DNA of 55,349 bases, taken from NCBI GenBank assembly GCA_001642005.1, contig LWCA01000096.1, positions 1 through 55,349 on the forward strand. The letters run 5' to 3'. Shown here in pieces: positions 50,101 to 55,349 of the stretch. The translations under genes were made by a program, and so were the position numbers. The first letter of the stretch is position 1. Every line of letters starts with the position of its first letter. This DNA is from Intoshia linei. Taxonomy: Eukaryota > Animalia > Orthonectida. The notes beneath the pieces were generated by a model. The model was not told the origin of the DNA. It searched no databases and saw only the letters and a program-made list of their open reading frames with translations.

Positions 50101-53100
50101 TTTAAATTTGCTAATTCTCTACTTGACCAAAAATGGATATCTAAAAAATCTTTAATGATTGAACTGACGAAATAGGGACGTACATATATGTAATATGCAA
50201 CCTTAAAATCGCAGAGACTATCAAATAGACGTAAATTCATAAGGAACTAAGTATATTATTACAAATTAATTTTTATTTTATATTATTTTTGGGAATTTGA
50301 AAAATATTTATAATTTATCAGTCATAGTATTAGACGAACTGGTACCCATAATAATTTCTGGTACCAGCACCCCATTATTAGTATTTGGGAACCGCTGGCC
50401 TAAATCAAGACTGTTAAATTTTGTTGATTCATCTAAAATTCAATCTATTTATGGATAACATAAAAATTAATGAAAAATCAATTTGCGGTGGGATAAAGGG
50501 TAAAGGCATAAATGAGTGTTGTAAAATATTTCTATATTTACATTTAGTAGAAAAATTTCTACAAATACTGTTGGATCCGTTGCAAATCCACATGTTACAC
50601 ATCATCGTAAATTGAGTACCCACAATCAAGCAAATAGACAAGCAATGGTAATTTTTTAATACTTTAAAATGTAATACAAAATGTATTGAGTTTGGTCATT
50701 TTTAATCAACTTAAACCCTGAACCTTAATTAGCAGGGAGAACATTTTTGAAAATTCTAAAACTTAATAATAATAATAAAAATCATTTATAGACACATAGT
50801 AAGAATTGAAACCTTAGTCAGAAAATTGACATTAGCAATGTACAAACTGAAAGCTAGTACAACTTTTTATTGGTTTATGATACAGTGATAAATTATCACT
50901 GATAAAAAAATATAATTTAGTAAATTATGTATGTCATACATTGTATTTAAGCCAATATTTAGAATAATAACGCGGCTGTACCTAGAAAAGTATCATCCAT
51001 AGTGAAAAATGCAGGTACTATTCAATATAATAAATTTAAATTTGCTATTTTAACGCGTTACCCACTAATGAAATGAAACTATGATCACTGCATTACATTA
51101 CACGTTTTTCTGGGTGTTTTAATTTTCCTTTTTTTGAAAATCAAACAAGTTGGAGAATTTAAAAAAATATATATACGCTGATACGGATTTTAAGGCGCAC
51201 TATCAAAAGATCATAAAAATATACTAATATTAGAATTTATAATTGAATTTGATAAAAAAATATTATCTGGTGTGAACACCATAATATATTTCTAATTTTT
51301 TTGTAATATGGTTTGTAGGTATAATATGGTATCTTAATATTATCTTTAATAAGATCTACGATCAAATATTATCATATATTAAAATTAATATTAACTACGA
51401 TTATAAAATACGATCTTTTGATTTACGATCAAAAAACTACGATCATGTGATTTTACAATCATTTGAACGGACAAGGCATTACAGTACGTTTGTATATTTG
51501 TTACGCAACAAATTTAATGCATACTCTAAATACATGTTAATTTGACCTAAATATAGGTGACCACAGTCAAATATGAGATTATTAAAGTCAGCATCAAAGT
51601 GAATAGATTATCATAAACCAGTTAAAATTGAACAATTATTATTATAATGGTAACTAGCTTGACTTTTCTGTGTTTCGTACAAACATCACAAAACTCTGCC
51701 GAGGGTGGGCCTTTTTTAATTCAATTACAAATATTACTTTTAATTAGTACCCAAAAGTAAAATCTTGAATAAAAATAATACTATTCACTATTATTAATCC
51801 TTTAAATAAAATGTTCCCAAACTTTTTTCGGTGAAACCGTCACATCACATTACTTTTTATTTTAAAGTGAAATATTCTATCTTAATTTTTTGTTTGTTAA
51901 CATTTGCGTAAAGAATTTAAAAACAATTGTTATCCCATTTTTTTAATTTATTAGACAGAATGTGTGTATAATATTAAATAAAGTAAAAATAGTCCAATCC
52001 TAAAAATTGTCATAAATAGCATAAATTCCCAGAAAAAATAAAATTAAGAAACCTATTTTGTCATTTTCAATGTGATGACATATATTCAGTATCAATTTAA
52101 TAAATAAATCCTAAAAATTGTCATAAATAGCATAAATTCCAGAAAAAATAAAATTATAAACTATTTTGTTATTTTGAGTGTGATGATATATATTCAGAAC
52201 CAATTTAATAAATACTTACAAATACCAATTATGTATCAATAATTAACCGAATCTTCACTTTATAAACATTTCAGTCAAATTTTACCATTATTGCAAAGAA
52301 TTGTAATAAATATAAAAATGATAATAACAAAGTTTTATTACTTTTAGTAATTCGTTATTGTAGTTTTAATTTAAAATTAAACGAAAAGTTTTGAAAATGA
52401 AAATTTGAAATTTAAAAATTGCGTAGCAATGAAAAAAATCCGAAGGAATAATTTATATAGATTTTCACCCATATTTCTTTATTGGAAATGTATAGACATT
52501 CAATGCACATTATTTTTGAAATTGTAGGATCAATATTTACATTTTCAATTTTTATTTTAATCGAAATATTTGAAAAATATTGGTTGATAATATATTAAAA
52601 ATTTTTTTTCACCGGGAATGCGTAGATTTCTGGGGTTGAAATTTTGTATTTATATTAACTGGAATAAGCTCTATCAGATTAATCTTTTTTTTAATTTTTG
52701 GACGGTGAATTATTTCACATTTTTTGTTATAATAAAATATTTCGGAAAAAATATATAGTAGTACTAAAATACTTTTTTGACCGTGAATGCGTCACTTATT
52801 TAGATTGAAATTTTTTGTGTGTTTTAACAGGATACAACTGTACCACCTGTAAATTTTTTTAAATATAAATTTATGATAATGTTTATGATTTTAAAATCCG
52901 AATCAGCGCATATATTTTTTTAAATTCTCGACTTTAATTTTCAAAAAGAGGGACACTGGGGTTTTTGACATGTAAGATGTGAAATTGGGAAGTTGGAACT
53001 TATCTTAATAAATTGTCCCGGAAAAAACTGTAATTAAAATGTGGTCTTTAAAAAATTGTAAGACTGGTAGTTATTGAAATAAACGGTAACACACATACAA

Positions 53101-53483
53101 ACAAATATTGCATAGCATATTATATATGTCAGGATGACGAACCAAAACCATTAAAATATTATATTATATAAAAATGTGTATATTAATGAGTTTCACAATT
53201 TTAAAAGTTTTTTATACTTCATCTTCATGAGACTAAATATGTGTGATCGAATTTGATAATAAAAAATGCATAACATTAAGTGTACGATTACATAGGTCAT
53301 AGTTTTGGTTATAATTATAAAAATATTGAAGTGTTTACAATAATTAATATATTATAGAAGTAGTCGAAAAAATGACTCAATTAAAAGATTTAAATGAAGA
53401 GTCCATCATTAATGAAGTATCTCAAAAAATATATAGATTACCAAAATTATGGATGGACTATGACGATTTTGTAGTATTGTATA
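44127..53483 (+). CDS. ADGB: Androglobin, 5' part (calpain-like domain); probably continues beyond the window
   Basis: [126 protein letters not shown] and LWMDYDDF. Internal exon boundaries after ~48150 are approximate. Confidence 0.9.
45200..45556. mobile_element. hAT MITE in an ADGB intron
   Basis: CAGGGGTGTC...GATACCTCTA, gcgggccgc subterminal motifs and a perfect TSD atttagat. A related left end lies at ~16625-16698. Confidence 0.85.
45787..46366 (-). mobile_element. Helitron family, short copy
   Basis: A|TCCTTAC ... hairpin ... CAACCTAG|T. Confidence 0.88.
47563..47714. mobile_element. Small hAT MITE
   Basis: 15-bp TIR CAGTGATTCCCGATT. Degenerate TSD gcttacat/tattacat. Confidence 0.7.
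49963..50397. mobile_element. hAT MITE
   Basis: CAGTGGTTCCCAA / TTGGGAACCGCTG with TSD tcctaaat/gcctaaat and gtaccc subterminal motifs. Confidence 0.8.
51654..53134 (-). mobile_element. Helitron family, longest copy (~1.48 kb) with an internal tandem duplication
   Basis: A|TCCTGAC ... CAAGCTAG|T. A ~110-bp block starting aatcctaaaaattgtcataaatagcataaattcc is repeated at ~51996 and ~52107. Confidence 0.88.
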
Positions 53484-54544
53484 GGTAAATGGTTTACTAA
53501 AGATAATAAAATTGGGACATCACTTTACCAAATTAAGCATTTCAAAAACATTATATTTTCAATATCATAACTGTTAATCGAGGTCCTTGGAGCTGGCTAT
53601 AGGCTATATAAATTATCAGTCTAATATTAATCGTTTCAGGGTCTATTTTTGATTTGTAAGGTGCTTGCAGTATATTAGGTTTATTTATAATTTATCTGAG
53701 GAAAATCTATGAAAATACAGTTTTGATAAAAAAATGATCAATTGTTATTGTTTATATTATTTTTAAAAATGCATAAGTAATATAATTTTCTCTTATTTAA
53801 AAATATGCCTCTCAAAAAATTAGAAATTTAAGATTTATTGAGGATTTAAAAATATATTTTAATTATTAATAATAACATATATAGTATTTATTTATAATTT
53901 ATTTATAAGTACATATGTTTATATTATTTATAAGTATTATGTATGGAGTTGTCAACAATTAAATTAAGTTGTTCCGAGAACATTCGAGTAAAAACAATAT
54001 TATTTAGTTTTGAACAATTTTAAGTATACTTAATTTAGCGAAATAAACGTAATTCAAAAACCAAATTCATTCGTTCAAATTCTGCGTCAAAGTGATTTAA
54101 AGGTAATATTTTTTAGTTTAATTATTAAATTTTTTTATTGTATATTTTATTTGGGAGATAGAAATGTCTGCATCTTGTAAGCAATGATTCCTTTTAACTT
54201 TTCAGTTTTGTGAGTAATAAATATTTGATCCGAATAGCAGTAAAATTTAATAATAACTTAAAGTTTACTATTAAGGCTTAAAGCTTACATTTTTACAATA
54301 AAATTAATTTAAAAAACAGTAATTCACAGAAAAATTTATAAAGTAAGCCTTGAAGTGTTATAAAGAACACTTATCAGGCGATATATAATAAAAATCATTG
54401 TTATCGCTCATTTGTAGGATTATACATACATATATGCATATTAATATTTTTATTTAGCAAAATCAAAGTAGTAAATCTGAAAAAAAAGGAAACATAAATC
54501 AGGTTAAAATATTTGTGAATTATAAAATTGAATGTCTGTTTGAC

Positions 54545-55349
54545 AAACACTGTTTGTGTGTTACCGTTTATTTAAAAATTGACAGTCGTAGAATTAAAAA
54601 ATTAATTTCTAATACAATTTTTCCCAGGACGTGTTTATATCTATTTATCAGTTTCAGAATTTGAGTCCTTCAGGGTCAAAAAACCATTTTTCGAGAATGA
54701 AAAATTGCGTAGCAATGAAAAAAAATCCGAAAGAATCAATTATGTAAATTTCCACTCATATTTCTTTGTTGGAAATGGGTAGACGTTCAATGCACATTTT
54801 TTTGAAATTGTAGGATTATTATTTACATTTTTATTTTTAAATTTAATTTAAATTTAATTTATTTTAATTTAATCCAACATTTGAAAAATATTGTATGACA
54901 ATATATTAAAAATTATTTTTAACCAGAAATGTTTAGATTTCTGAGATTAAAATTTTGTAATTATCCCTTACGAGACAATAACACGTCTACATGCAAAAAA
55001 ATCAACTGAAAAATTTAAATTGTTTGCCATTTTGTCAACTGGAATAAGGTCTATCAGAATAATCCTTTTTTTTAATTTTCGGACTGTTAATTATTTCACA
55101 TTTATTGTTTTAATAAAATGATTTGGAAAAAAAATATATGAATACTAAAATGCTTTTTTGACCGTGAAGTCGTCAACTTATCAGATTTAAATTTTTTATG
55201 TGTGTTAACATGATGCAACTCTACCACCTGTAAATTTTTTGAAATTCTAGAACTGTTTTCAAAAAAAGGAAGGGTAATTTGGAATTTTGGCCCTAAAAAT
55301 ATAATTTTTTTAAATTTAAATTTATGATAATGTTTATGATTTTAAAATT
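54545..55349. mobile_element. Helitron family fragments (+ strand 5' piece, then - strand internal piece running off the window)
   Basis: 54697-55349 aligns with ~52415-52895. 54550-54690 resembles the family's 5' portion in the opposite orientation. Confidence 0.7.

Overview
Very AT-rich eukaryotic (animal) genomic window with tightly packed, spliced genes. Most introns are ~33-60 nt, plus a few long ones filled with transposons. This fits a compact invertebrate genome such as an orthonectid, but the organism is only inferred. Genes were rebuilt by hand-splicing. In order: the 3' end of a Cys-rich protein with a hydrophobic tail (+), an FBF1-like coiled-coil protein (+), CFP1/CXXC1 apparently lacking its CXXC finger (-), DHX16/Prp2 helicase (+), a thioredoxin with an N-terminal extension (+), an MFSD12 transporter (-), a cathepsin F-like protease with a 1-nt frameshift (-), CCDC89 (-), a small PKA inhibitor (PKI) missed by the ORF track (+), and the 5' part of androglobin (+). 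Repeats include a multi-copy non-autonomous Helitron family, several hAT MITEs with 8-bp target-site duplications (TSDs), a deleted Tc1, other TA-flanked MITEs and a truncated Ty3/Gypsy. No CRISPR, rRNA or tRNA was recognised. I found no clearly new multi-gene system. The best leads are the CXXC-less CFP1, the divergent CCDC89/PKI pair among cilia-associated genes, and unexplained coding-like cargo inside repeats.
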